Shown: piece by piece, positions 1 through 13,375 of the stretch
Position numbering within the stretch: the stretch's first letter is position 1
Layout: every line of letters begins with the position of its first letter
Source of the DNA: Callorhinchus milii
Lineage: Eukaryota
NCBI RefSeq assembly: GCF_018977255.1
Contig: NW_024704760.1
Coordinates: 2,852,001 to 2,916,000, forward strand
DNA length: 64,000 bases
Reading direction: 5' to 3'
Position numbers and translations under genes: made by a program
The notes under the pieces: generated by a model
Databases searched by the model: none
What the model was told of the DNA's origin: nothing
Seen by the model: the letters and a program-made list of their open reading frames with translations, nothing else

Positions 1-468
1 GTGCCAAGTGATGATTTGTTTCCTCCTCGTTCAGTAACCCAGAGAGTTTAACATGAGACACAGGAACAAAGCCGCAGGAATGGTGATTCATAAACATAAT
101 ATAATCAGCTCTTGTGGTCAAAGACCAAAGACGTCGGCGATCAAAAGCAATCAGAGGTACAGAGAAAGCGGAGGGGCGCGTGTGGGTTGTGTCGGTGTGT
201 TCGCGCGCACGAGGAAGGCAATAATACGAACAATAATAATTATATAACAATCCTCGCATTTGATACAGCCCCTTGTCGCGTCGTTGAGGCGTCTCAAAGC
301 GCTTCACAGGATGCACTTGTCAAGCGAATCGACCGTGCGTTTCGCGGGCGAAACGCGGCAGCAAACTGCGCAGAGCGGTGTCAACAACAACAACGACGAC
401 GGCTTGCATTTTTACAGCGCTCCACCAGGCAGGGTAGCGGCCCAAAAGGAGAGGGGAAAGCCCGCGAG

Positions 469-505
<37 letters not shown>

Positions 506-3500
506 AGCGAGAGAGGGAGTCTTCATCCCTTCATCCCAACTCTTGTTCCCCGGGGGTGAAAGGTCTCTCTGTAGGGAGCTCCTGTTCCGCCCTCTCGCTT
601 GCGAATCGGTGGTAACGGATATTATAATGATCGTGGTGGCAGGGTTTTTTGCCGAGTGGTGAGCAGGAAGGCAGCTGTTGTTTACGGCAGCAAAGGCAGT
701 GTAAGGGACACGGACAGGGTAGTGTTGCCTATCGATTCTGCACGGTGCCTCGCATGTGTTTGTTTAAAAGGCGCGATTGTGCAGCCGGCTGTGTAGCTAA
801 CGACGCACCACCCTCGCTCTCTCTCTCTCTCTCTCGCTCTCGCTCTCGCTCTCTCTCTCGTTCTCTCGCACTCGCTCTCGCGCGCGCTCTCTCTCGCTCT
901 GTTTCTATTGTATCTCCCGGAACGTCAAGTTTGTGGCGGCATTTGAGCTGCAAGAATTGCTTATCGTTGCTTTAAATGTGACTCGTGTGGTGGGAGCTTT
1001 TCCCGATGTCTGGGACGGTGGGTGGGTGGGTGGATGGGTGGATGGGTGGGGGAAAGAACGGGACGACATCTTTCTTCCACCTGTGCGGGCGGGGGTTGGT
1101 GGGGGAGGGCTTTGAGAAACATCTTTGCAGAACAGGCACCGCCAACCCCCCCCCCCCCCACCCATTATCCTTCAGATGAGCTATTAAACCTGGGTCCCGT
1201 CTCCTGTTTAAGTGGATGTTAAAGGTCCTGTGTTTCTCCTTCCCTGTGTCCAGGCCAACAATTCCTTCCCCCCCCCCCACCCCGCCCCCGCCAGATAAAA
1301 CTGGTCGTTCTCTCTCTCCCTGGCCGTTTCTTGCTTGCGAAGCACACGCGGCCGCTACACTTTGCGGTGAATCCTGCGGAGCGCTTTGAGGCGTTTCGTG
1401 ACGAAACATCGAACGCGAGGTTTATTACTGCCAAAGTACAGTGACCGAGCATCTTGGAGACAAGCGGTTAGCGGTTACCGATGGGGACGAGCCCCATTTT
1501 CCTCCCCTCCAGTCACCGAGTCCCACGGCTTGCGGACTTGCTGGCGCGGGAGCCAGCGAACGAGCGGGAGGGAGGGAGGGAGAGCACGAGGCCTGATGGC
1601 CTGTCCCGTAAAGCCAGCGGAACACTCCCCTCCTGTCACAGCCCACAACAGCTGTAGGTCCTCACTGACTTGTCCGTAATCCCTTTGGCTGTAATCTCCA
1701 GCCGCAGCTCTGCAGCGAGCAAATTGCCCGGGTTCTACGCTGCGAGGCCTCACCACCTCGACCCTCGCTGGAGCTCCGCGCGCGCAAAGATCTCGGAGGA
1801 ACAATTCAGTGCGGACCTCAGGCCTCGAGTCCGTCGCGTTCAAGTTCCAGATCGTTCCGCGTTTGGGGAAAAACTCTTAAGTTCAATGGCGTGTTGCCTT
1901 TTGCAATACACAGCTGTGTAGGGGGGCAGTTGGGGGCAGTTATAATAATAATAATCCTTTCATTTGCTACAACGCCTTATCACGTCGTCGAGACGTCTCA
2001 AAGCGCTTCACAGGATATACTGTGAAGCGAATTGATTGCGTGTTTTCTGGGCGAAACGCGGCAGCCAATTGCGCACAGCGGTGTTCCGCAAACATTCGTG
2101 GATTGAGTGACCAAATGCCACTTGGCTGCGGGACTCTGTTACTGGAGTTCCACATATTTATGGATTCGATTTGCCTGCTTATGGAGTGCGCACTCTTTTC
2201 TCTCTCTTACTGTCTCGTTCCTTCCCTCCTCGCCCCCCCCCCCCACCACCACCACCCCCCACTTGTACCCCAAAAGGCCGCACCTTGCTTACCTAATCCT
2301 GGAAAGTATTAGGAACACGTTGGCAAGAACCAAGGTTTGGGGGGGGGACCCCAGAGTGTACGTATGAGGGTAGTGCTAGTTTAACTGGATAAAACACTCG
2401 ACAGGCCTCCAGCTGGCTGTGTCAGACTTTGGCTTTGAGAGTTAACAAGAGCTGGGTGGGAAGAATCTCAGTCCCCAGCGACTGTTCTGCTCTTCCATGT
2501 CCTGCCAATGAGCCAGCCTGTTTCGTGTCATCGACAACGCATCAATGTGTGCGGGGCTCAGTCATCTTAATTAAAAAAAAAACCCCAATAAATTTCCTCT
2601 TGTTGGTGTTGATGTTGAGAGTTTGTTGGTGAGGACTCCAGGATCGAGGGAAACTCCCTCCTCGTTCCAATAGCGTCGTGGGAAGTTTAACCTGCACCTG
2701 AACAGGGCACGGATGGGATCTCGGTTTGACGTCTCACTTGAAGGATGGCAATCCCTCTGCTTCCCATCTTCTGTCCCTGCCTTTGAGACATTTTTTTTTA
2801 AAATAACGGCCCCCCCCAAAAGTTCCTCTTCAGCCTTGCTTTCGGTCGACCTTCTGTCAACGAGTGATCAGAGCGCTCACCTCACAAGCGAGAGGACTCT
2901 TTGTTCGATTCCAGGGTGGAGCGAAACCGTAGGCAAATTTTCTTAGTCCAAACGCCACTGTTTACCCAGCAGTAAGCAGGCACCTGGTTGTTAGTTGATT
3001 GGCGGATCGCTTTCCGTGCGTAAAAAATAAATGAAGAGGCTGTTAATGACATTTGCGAATATGACGAGATGACGTTAATGACATTCTTGATTGGCAGAAC
3101 AAGTTGCTTCACGTCCGACTGCATTGCGTTAGAGAAGGTTTTGTGAGTCGTTCGAGTAAAGTTTGCACCTTCGCTGCCTCTGCTCAGGTCTGACACGTTG
3201 AGCTTGTGACGTGAGTGAGAGTGAGACAGTGCAGTCGGTGTAGTTTTATTCAAATACACTATCAGAAGAAAACGAGGTGAGTTAACATTGGTCGAAGCCA
3301 TCGACTGACTTATCTTGTCTCTCTGTCGGGATTGTTAATGGGGTGAGGAGTCTGTGCCCGTTTTCTGTGCTGGTGAAGGGGTTGGAAAGTCGGATTTTAT
3401 TTTGCTCCTCGTTTTGAGGCTAAAACGTCAGTTACTTTTACGTTGTCAACACTTTGCGGAGCACTGTGGGGAGCTGCTCGTGTTCAATGTGTCCCTCTCG

Positions 3501-5380
3501 TCTCTGGGTCCGAAGGTTTGTGGGTTCAAGCCCCTCGCCTGGGACTTTGAAACTTTTAAGGTCACTGCATCAGGCTAACGCTGTAGCCAGCGTGTGTGTG
3601 TGTGTGTGCGTGTGTGTGCGCGTGTGTAGTGTAGGGGGAGCACTGCATTGAAGTGGGTGCCGGCCTTCAGATGATTCATTGAACCAACATCTTACCCTTC
3701 TGTTCAAGTGGACGTTAAAAACCCAAAGATTATTCGCAAGAAGTAGGGCGTTGTCCCCACCCCTCTCCACACCCCTCTCCCCCACCCCTCATCCCCTGGT
3801 GTCCTGGCCAAGAATCCACCAGAGAAATTGCTCAGTGGCCTCGGGCTGTTTGCAGGACCTTGATGTGTGCAAATTGACTGCTGAATTTCCCTCGAAATAC
3901 ACTGTGACTAAACTTGACAGTAATTACTGTGAAGCGCGCCTGGAGGCATTTGGCTGGCGTGAGGGCAATTAAATCGGAACTAAATCTTAACTTGTTTCTC
4001 GGTGGCACGGCTCTGCGAGCACGAGTGTTGGGTTTGGCGCCTCGGTCCTTATTGCACGGCGGAGCAGGAGAGGATTCGAACTCAGGCACAACGCGGTATG
4101 TCCAGGGGCTCGGAGTCTGAGCTTGACACTCCAGTGCAGTGCTGGGGCGCTGGGGGGGCGTGGGGTAGGGCAAGGCGCTGAATTAATCAAGATGTTTGTC
4201 TCTCAAACGAGACGTTGAACCCAAGCCATCTCCACCCGCTGAACATTACATTACAGGGTTGATGTCCGTCAGCAATCATTTGCAGTGAGAGAGAGACAGT
4301 GTGACTTTTGCCGATAGTGTCAGGTTTTAAACAGCATAGACCATGTGAGTTGAAAGCCCCAATGAAGGGGCTTGAACCCCCTACACGGGCGGGCGGAGGG
4401 TGGGTGGGGAATTGGGGTGGGTGGGGGGTGGGTGGGGAGAGTGGGTAAATTATATAATATTAATGATAATCCTTGCGTTTGATGCAGCGCCTTATCGCGT
4501 CCTTGAGACGTCTCAAAGCGCTTCACAGGATACACTGTAAAGTGGAGTGACTGGTGTGTTTCGTGGGTGAAAAGCGGCAGCCAATTGCGCACAGCGACGT
4601 CCCCACACAAACTGTGGTGGATCGAGCGACCAAACGTTCCCTATAATGTACACAGATAATATGAGCCACGATCAACCGGGAGAAAGACTCTGTGTGTCTT
4701 TGAAATAGCGACAACGAGGAGGGGTGTGTGTGAGGGTCTGTGTGTGTGTGAGGGTCTGTGTGTGTGTGTGTATATTTCCTCATAAATATCGTGTGAGATC
4801 CTTCATCAATCAACACTGGCCCCAAACATAGATTGCGCTCTCTCTCTCTCTCTCTCTCGTTAGTCCCACTGTTCAGGACGGTTACTCACTCGCCAGCGAG
4901 GAGTCAGATGGTCACACATTGATCAGAGGAATCACAGTGTGCAATGGAATCCTTGTCACTTTCTGTCTCGGAGACAGTCAGAGCCATCGGTGACCCGACC
5001 GGCTTAGGACGGGACCACAAAGGACAGAGGGTTTTGTCCTAACAATAAGCTTGTGATGCCAGCTGCATCTCTTCTCTCTAATCACCAACAACTCCCACCG
5101 CCCCCCACCCCCCCACCCCCACCACCCACTCTCTCCCCTCTCATCCTCCACCTCCGCGCCCCTCCTTCCTCCAATTGTCCACCACTCTGTTGTCCACTGT
5201 AGTGGTGACTTTTAAACAGCGCGTGTGTGTGTGTGTATATACGTACGCAAACGCACGCAGACATCAGACCCCACGAAACAGCAGTGCTTGCTGGGCTGTG
5301 TTCCGGGTGAAATGTCATCCGTTCCGTTTCTGCCCCCCGCCCCTCTCTCCCCCCCCCCCCCACCCCACCCCCACCCATAT

Positions 5381-5700
5381 AACAACAACAACAACAAATT
5401 GCATTTACACAGCGCCTTTCATGTCAGGAGGACGTCCCAAGGCGCTGGACAGTCCAGGGTTTACACCCGAGCTGCGGGCTGGAGTCGAGAGAGGCAGGGG
5501 AGGTGGGCTTGGTGAAGGTGCGGTCGAAGGGGCCGGTCTTGATTGGGGTCTTGAAGGAGGCAAGGGAGCAGGGTGGGGGGGTCAGTGAGGTGAAGGGGAA
5601 CCGGGATGGAGGTCTGGAGGATGAGGGGTTAGGGTGGGGGGAACAGAAAGGCTAAAGACCTGACCTCCGATGGTGGAGCGGGCAGGCTAACAATCCCTCC
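5381..5700 (-). mobile_element. L2 LINE 3' fragment (similar fragments at about 8480-, 37860+, 38930+, 42140-, 43440+, 43950+)
   Basis: Reverse complement of the same 3' UTR and tail as 61389-62060. Confidence 0.75.
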
Positions 5701-8700
5701 GCACCCTCTCGCTCGGTTTTCGAATCTCCCGGGAGAAATCCTCGCCTCCCAAACGGGAACGGACCCGGAGAGCGGGTGGGGGGAGGGAGTGGGGTTGTGG
5801 GGGGCGGGGGGCGGGAGGTCGGGGGGGGCTGGGGAAATGGGAGACAGTGAGGTCTCCCACAGTGAGTGTCCTGTCCTCTTTAAAACTGCACCTGCAGGAA
5901 TGACAAAGGCCACTGATCTCCTCGCTGTGAGAAGCTTAGCTGCTAGTGAGATGCACAGCGGGGGTCCTCTGCTAAATCCCCCTCCGCCTCGCCTCGCCTC
6001 CACACAACAGTAAACTCGCGGACGCTTAGTGGAGCTTCTCTCCCTCCACGTCAGCCCACACGTCTGAACAACTGCTACCGTTGCCAGCCGTTACACAGGA
6101 CATCTGTTCCTCTTGTTTATCGCCTCTCGTTTCAGCCTCCGAATATCCTAGCGGGGCAGCCACCTCCAGCACAGTGTAAATAACAGCTGCAAGGACCCGC
6201 AGATCACCCTCGATGCCATCTGCCCGCCCGCCCGCCAGGCCTGCAGTCATAATACATGGAGTTCCCCGTAGCATAAGTGGTTAGAGCACTCTCCTCGCAA
6301 GCGAGAGGACCCGGGTTTGATTCCCGGGCAGGGCGAAACCTCAGGCAAATTTCCTTAACCCCTCTCCCCCCCCCCCCCCCCACACACACACGCCTCTGGT
6401 TATCCAGCAGTAAGTAGGAACCCGGTTGTTTGAGATTGGCGGGTCGCTTTCCGGGGGCGATAATTTCTCCCCAAAAGGAAGAGGCTGTTACTTGTAACGT
6501 TCTCGTTCCGCTGAGCTGTTTATCCGAGCTGTTTGGCAGTCGCCTGACCAGAAATCGGTCAGAATTATTGTCATAACTTCATTCCCAATATGACTTACAA
6601 GTTTACAACTTCCTTCTTTCTGCTCTCAACACCCCATCCTCCCTCCCTCTTTCTCTCTCTCTTTCACTCCCCCAGCAATGATTCACTCTGGGATCTGTAC
6701 GTGGATATGATCGAGTGGGTGTGATAGAGGAAGAAGAGCGAGTGAGTCAGTTACTGGGAAATTCACCCCACCCCCCCCCCCCCCTCCCGGGAATAGACTG
6801 GGTTTAGGGTTCAGGAGAAGGGCTGGGAGGGGAGGGCAGGTGGGGGGCAGACGGAGAGTGGGGATGGAGGGTGGTGGTGGTGGAGGTGGGGAGGAGATGA
6901 GACGAGAAGTGAAGCCGGGGTTGTTTGAGCTGTAGCGTGTTCAGTAATTGCTGCGCGACCATCGCAGCCCATTCAGGGGCAACAAAACCCAGAGATGCAC
7001 CATGGAGAACTGCAGTGGCACTTCCTACACTAGGAGGGTGAACCCTTGCCCCTGGGCAATAAAAGCCCTGACTGAACTCCGGTGACCCCTTGTGGAACCC
7101 CACAGGGACACTGAGATAGAGATTTAGGACGGACGCGGGGGGAGGGGGGGCGGTGGCGGGAGGGGGGAGACGGATTTCAATGCAGTGTTTGTTGTGGGTG
7201 GGGGGTGGGGGGGAAAGTGACGGATGTCGTATTGAAATCTGGGGAGAGATCGCAAGCATTCGTTGAGCTTATCTCGCAGGCTCCGTCCTGTGGCGCCCAT
7301 TTTACCTTTTGTTCCTCCCTCCCCAATCCGTCACCATCCCCGTTTTTTAGAACATCGAACCATTTTACGTAACGTTTTTCTTTTATGATCCGTATTTCTC
7401 TGGGGGGGGGGGGGAGACGGGCAGGAGGGGGTTAAAAGGGGGAAGAGGTGGACTGTCTCAGCCTGAGAGCGAGTGAGCGAAGCACACCCGAAGGCGCAGG
7501 GGTAGGAAGGAGCAAACTAGATTCCTCTCCCCCATCGCTGACCCTGGTTAGAAACGTTCTCCTTTTTTGGGTGAGTGTGGAGGGGGTTGGTATTGGCATC
7601 ATTGGGGTGGGGGGATGGACAGGGATGGTGCCGGGGGTGGGGGAGTGGATGAGAGGTGGATTGGGAGGCGGGATAAGGGATCTACTAATCGACTTAACAA
7701 CCAGATTCCTACTTAGTCATAAGTAACCAGAGATGTGTGGAGTAAGGAAACGTGCCTAAGGTTTCGCCCGGACCCGGGAACCGAACCCGGGTCCTCTCGC
7801 TCGTGAGGCGAGGGCTCTAACCACTGAGCTGCAGGACTCCACAGGGGACGGACGGGGCATTGGGAGGGGTGGAGGGGTAACACCTTTGGGGGTTCATCCC
7901 TCGGTGATGCAGCCGCTCATTGTAGACCTAGAATGTGATGCGTCGACTGCGCAGTTCTCGCTGACACCTCGTGTCTTTACAAGAGAAGCGATTATTGTTT
8001 CAAAAGCAGTCCCCCCCCCCCCCAACTCCCACCTCCCCCGCGCCCCGAGTTTGGGGTTTCGCTGGCTGCAGTGGGGTCGGGTTCGTGGCGCTGTTTATTC
8101 CCCCTGTCACTTCGTTTCCAAGTTGCTTTTATTTTTAGGGCTGACTTTTTCTTGAACGGACCATTTGTTTTTCTTTCTCCGCTGACGATATATTCCGCTC
8201 TCTCGTCCCCTCGCCCCTCCTCCCTCCCCACTTCCTTTTTCAGGCCACAAGTAACACAGGAGATTTGTAGGCATCGTCACGCAGCACAAACCCTGTTGTG
8301 GAGAGACTGCAGGAACCACCTGTCTCTGGCAGCCTGGCTCAGTTGGGAGCTCAGTCTCTTAGCTCTGAGTCAGAAGGTTGTGGGTTCAATAATAATAATC
8401 CTATAATGATCCTTGCATTTTATACAGCGCCTTATCACGTCTTCGAGACGCCTCAAAGCGTTTCACAGAATAACAACCAACAACAATTACATTCGTACAG
8501 CGCCTTTCACGTCGGGAAGACGTCCCAAGGCGCTGGACAGTCAGTGTTTCGGACCTGAGCCGGGGGGTCGGGATCGGGGAGGGCAGGGGGTGGGGTTGTG
8601 GGGGAAAGAGGGTAACCAAGATCAATGTAGTATTTGTATCAAATACTATACTGGAAAGTGAATTGACTGTAGATGTTGTGGGCGAAACGCGGCAGCCAAT

Positions 8701-11244
8701 TGCGCACGGGGGTGTATCCGTTAGTAATAATCCCTCAAAAAAAAAAGGTGTTCACTCGATCCACGACTGTTTGTGGGATGCTGCTGAGCGCACATGGCTT
8801 CCGCCTTGCGCCCACAAAACATGCGGTCAATTCACTTTACAGTAATATTCCGTGAAGTGCTTTGAGACGTGATAAGGTGCAGTGTCAATTGCAAGGATTA
8901 TTATTCTTGTATCACCAGCAGCGACATGTGTTCTGGACACGTAAATGGTTGTTTTTGATAACGCACAAGCACGAGTAATGGGCCATTGTGGATTGTTCTT
9001 AACCACGATTACAGCAGGTTCTACCTTTCCCTCGCCCCTGTTAACGGTCGCTTCACTCCACTGCTTTCTGTGAGAGAGCTCAGCCTCTCCGAGAGACTGG
9101 TATCCCACGGGTAAAAACTTTGACGTGTGTGGGAATTTACTCTTGCCAAATGATCTCGTTCCTCTCTCTCTCTCTCTCTCGCTTTGTTACACCTGACCTG
9201 ACCCAGGAGGTGAAGACTTTGTGATTGATTTCTCTCCCAGAACCGGAACCAAACCGTAGTTTCCATCTCCCAGGGTCCAGGTGGATTGGCAGATTGCTTT
9301 CCGGGAGTAAGAATTCCTTCAAAGTAAATAAATATTATAATCATTTGGTTGCTCAATCCACGACTGTTTGTGGGGACGCTGCTGTGCGCAAATGACTGCC
9401 GCGTTTCACCCGTAAAATACACAGTCGATTCACTTTACAGTATTATCCTGTGAAGCTCTTTGAGGCGTCTCAACGACCTGATGAGGCCCTATTATCAAAT
9501 CCAAGGATGATTATTATTAATATTTCCTTCCTCCGCCTTTTATGGTCGTCCAATAAAATAAATGTTCTTGATTGAATTTTTCTTGATTTATGGCATGAAC
9601 CAAGAAATAGTCAAGAAAAAATGACAACACGTTATCGATCGAACACAAACTTGCGTAAACTTGTGCGAGTATTTGGGTGGGGGGGAAGGGGAGCTTCTTG
9701 ACGGTCTCGTGGGCCGCATCTGGCCCGCGGGCCACAGGTTGGCCACTGACAAAGGCGCTAACCCACTAATTAATGCGAATGTTTTCGATTCAGTCCTAGT
9801 TTAGAAGCCGGCTCTTAAAGAGCCTTAGGATGGAACCTGGATTCTGGGTCAAGACCTGATAGACTTTTGAGTACTTTCCAAAAACTCTGCACCAATCTGA
9901 ATTTTCAGAGCATTGGTTGGTGTTAAGGCTGAGACCATGGGGGAATTTCAGGGGTTGGTGGCTGTACAGGTTTAATGGTCTCTTTCTAGGTTCTGCACCC
10001 ACAGTGTAATTGGCTGGTAAATGCTTTGAGGTGTTTCCACGTGGTTTGGTGCAGTAAAACATCCAACCTCTTTTCTTTCTGTCTTTCCTCTCGTCTCATT
10101 TTTGCTGAGGGAGTGGGGGTGGGAGGGCGGTTGAAGGAGGGAAATTCCACCCATGTATTCATTTGGAAACAATTTTTTTCACAGCCTGTTTCGCAATAAA
10201 TCAATAAAAGCCGATTAAAAATAGACAAACGTACACAATCTTATTTAACTAGAGCATATCCACATTCACCGAAAACTCAACAAACCCACTCTGTGTTGAT
10301 TCACAGCTTCCTTTGCTTCCAACAACAAAGATATTCTCCCGTCTATAAATGGACACCCAGTGATATAGAGGCAGGAGAGTGGAGGAGATCAATGCTGATG
10401 CTGCAAAGTTAGAGGACTGAGTAATGACTAGCAAAGTTTTGGCTATATATTGTGCACAGCAGTGTCCCACAAACAGTCGTGGATTGAAGTGACCAATTTA
10501 TCATTTTGTTAAGAAAGCTTTTCCCTGGAAAACAGAGACATGTGGAGTAAGGAAACTTGACCAACGTTTCACTCTGCCCGGGAATCAAAACCAGGTCCTC
10601 TTGCTTGCGAGGCGAGTGCTCTAACCACTGAGCTACAGGACTCCACACCTTGATAATGATAAGAGATTCCACAGAAGAGATCTCATAAAGATACAACCTG
10701 CTTTGATCTCACAGTCTAGGCTGACAACACAGGCGTGAGGAAGCACTGCTCTGTCACGGGTGTCTTTACACACGAGTTAATCAACAACTGTTACGGGTCA
10801 TCAGGAAGATCGAGGCCTTCAGATTAATCGGTCATTCACATCACGGCTGTTTGCCATGCAGTACTGTTTGCCTGCAAAGCACACAGTCACTACACTTGGC
10901 AACGGTCACCCGTGAAATACTTTGAACGCACCTCATTAACGCAATGAGGTGCGTTAAAAACGCAGGTTCTTTCTTTGCTGTGAGATACGGCAACACGATT
11001 GAACATAATGTTCTATTTGTTTGACTGAGGTATGGTGCCTAATTCTGGCAGCCACCCCAATATCCTGTTGGCTCATTGAAAGTACTCTCATATGAAGGCA
11101 AGTGGCATATCATCACCGCACCTAACTACTGCTCCATTTGCTTCCTCCTGAACTCATTAGTCTTATTGATCCAGGTATAGCCATCACCATGGCTGCTGAG
11201 GTGGGGCTCGCTCTCACTGAGTGGATGTCTTGCTCCGGCTAAGA

Positions 11245-11610
11245 GACCTGTAGTGTAGTGGTTAGAGCACTCGCCTCGCAAGCGCGAGGACCTGGGTTTG
11301 ATTCCCTGGCAGGGTGAAACCTTAGGCAGTTTTCTTTACTCCACACCCTCTGTTTACCGAACAGTAAGTAGGAACCCGGTTGTTAGTCGGTAGGTGGATC
11401 GCTTTTTCGGGGGTAATAATCCCTCCAAAAATCAATAAGTAATAATAATTTGGGTCACTCAATCCACGACTGTTTGTAGCACACTGCTGTGCACAATTAG
11501 CCGCTGCGGTTCATCCCAAAATATAGTCAATTCGCTTTGAAGTATATCCTGTGAAACACTTTGAGACGTCTCGCTGAAGTCGCTATATCAAATACAAGAA
11601 TTATTCATTG
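11245..11610 (+). mobile_element. Full-length tRNA-derived SINE with CORE-like body and L2-type (ATT)n tail
   Basis: Pol III A box (tagtgtagtgg) and B box (ggtttgattcc), body ccttaggcagtt..ctctgtttacc..agtaagtaggaacc, tail tttgagacgtctc..aaatacaagaattatt. Confidence 0.8.
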
Positions 11611-12585
11611 TATTATCGTCAGCATCGCTTTAAAGGCTTCCAGGCACGAAATCCATTGGATCCATTGAATACAACGAGGCAGAAAACGTGGTGCGAGAGA
11701 GCGCGAGAGAGAGAACATTTGAGCAAAACAAGCTACGGATGTGTCCAATACCACAAGATCCATCAATTGGCGTGTTGCATTCTAAAAATACCGCTGGCAG
11801 AGTGAGAAGACAGCAGCTCATAGTTTGGGTTTCAGGAGGTTAATTGGGGCCAGTATGTTAATGTCTCTCTTAATCCAGTCCAGGGAACATAAACCCTTGG
11901 TTGTTCTGTGCCCCCCACAAACATTCCTGCCCTTAACCACATCTGAGGCCTGAAATTCCCCCGGGTGTGGGGGTGCTGGCAAGGTCATTTGCATCGTAGG
12001 GTAAGATGGCTGAGAATTATGGAGAATTCTTCACTTTGTTCCACGTTTGAGGCCCGAATCTCGGAATTTTGCGCCCGTTCTGTGGGACGTCGAGGGCTTA
12101 ACGGGAGCCGGGTTGGAAACAAAGGAAGGGCCTGAAAACAAACCCGCTGCCCTTTTGAGCCAGGTTATTAATCAGTCAATTTTTAGGAGGTAAAAGTTGA
12201 AATTGAGCCCCTTCTGACTGATGACGGTACCCTCACGCGTCGATAGATAAGGCAGTAGTTAACACGTCTAGAGTTTTTAACCAAAGTGTGGATGACTGGA
12301 CCCACCAAGATTCCGAAGAAACCCTCTGACCCCGACACATACCACACACACACACACCCACACGCTTGCCAGTTGCTCAATCGACTGAGCTCACCGTGGT
12401 TTGCTTGAAGGACTTGAAAGTGGGTTAAGTTTGGAATGTCTGAGGAGGTCTGTGCTGAGGAGATTAATGCCATCTTCCTAAGACGAAGCTCGATACACAC
12501 ATGACAGAGGAGGGAAACAGAAAGGTGTATAAAGGAGGGATGGTGATGGAGACTCGTGCAGTGAGTGGCCTGTTTCCATGTTATT

Positions 12586-12954
12586 CAGGGTGTCTACAAA
12601 GTCCTGTTACCCACCCCCACCCACCAACACTTCTGTTTTTTCCTTCACTGGACTGACCAGCGACTGAAACGTGGGTAGAATGATGGCAATTGTATTCAGA
12701 AGTACTTATTTGTATTCAGTACAAGTGTTTCACTATACTTAGACGTCCAGAGGATTGGTGTGGGTGCGTGGGTGTGATCTTGAGTGCCATCATTTTCATG
12801 GCAGATGATGATCCGTCATTATCCGTCATCCGTAAACATGGATGGACGGAGTGAGGAGGCCAAATGCGTCTGCCCACTTGTTTCAGCTCTTCCGTCGTCA
12901 TGGGTCGCTGTTTTGCATCAAGGGAGGGGTAAGAGGACTTTGTGGTACACCTTG
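12586..12954. mobile_element. Second copy of the same Tc1/mariner-type MITE
   Basis: TIRs cagggtgtctacaaagtcctg and aggactttgtggtacaccttg; shared interior tagacgtc..gccatcattttc..ggagtgagga..acttgtttca. Confidence 0.65.
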
Positions 12955-13375
12955 TTACAGTCGAGGTAAACCCTGTGCGTCTCTTTGTTTCCTGCTCCCC
13001 CAGACTGGGAGCCGCTGACGTTTATTCACCAGGCGCTGGGAAGGAGCTGAAGTGTTTTCTCGAGCACCAGAAGGACATGGTGTCCCCACGCCTCAGGCCG
13101 TGTGTTAAGCCAGACCGCAGTCTCGACGCCTGAGCTATGGAGCCCGGGACATTGTACAGAACTCAAACTCAGCAGGACCTTGGCTTGACGGATCATTTGT
13201 TGACTTGTAGAATGACATTGGGGAAAGGATTCCACTCTAGCACTTTGTGATTTGGGAATCTCCACGAGTCCTCTATTTCCTCCCCCCGACCCCGTCCCGT
13301 TATTTGCTGCGTTTCCCCCTCCCTCCCCGCTCCCCCCTCTTCCCCCCCCACCCCCCACACACACACGCACATGCG

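Noticed and set aside
10925-10955. Perfect 13-bp stem hairpin aacgcacctcatt/aatgaggtgcgtt
   Set aside because: It sits at the stem-loop position of a degenerate SINE tail and is too short for a miRNA precursor.
1-12500. Many short ORFs and a CpG-rich patch (about 1300-1900) as a gene or the SLC45A3 promoter
   Set aside because: The ORFs derive from microsatellites and SINE/LINE fragments, and a non-coding first exon cannot be placed from sequence alone.
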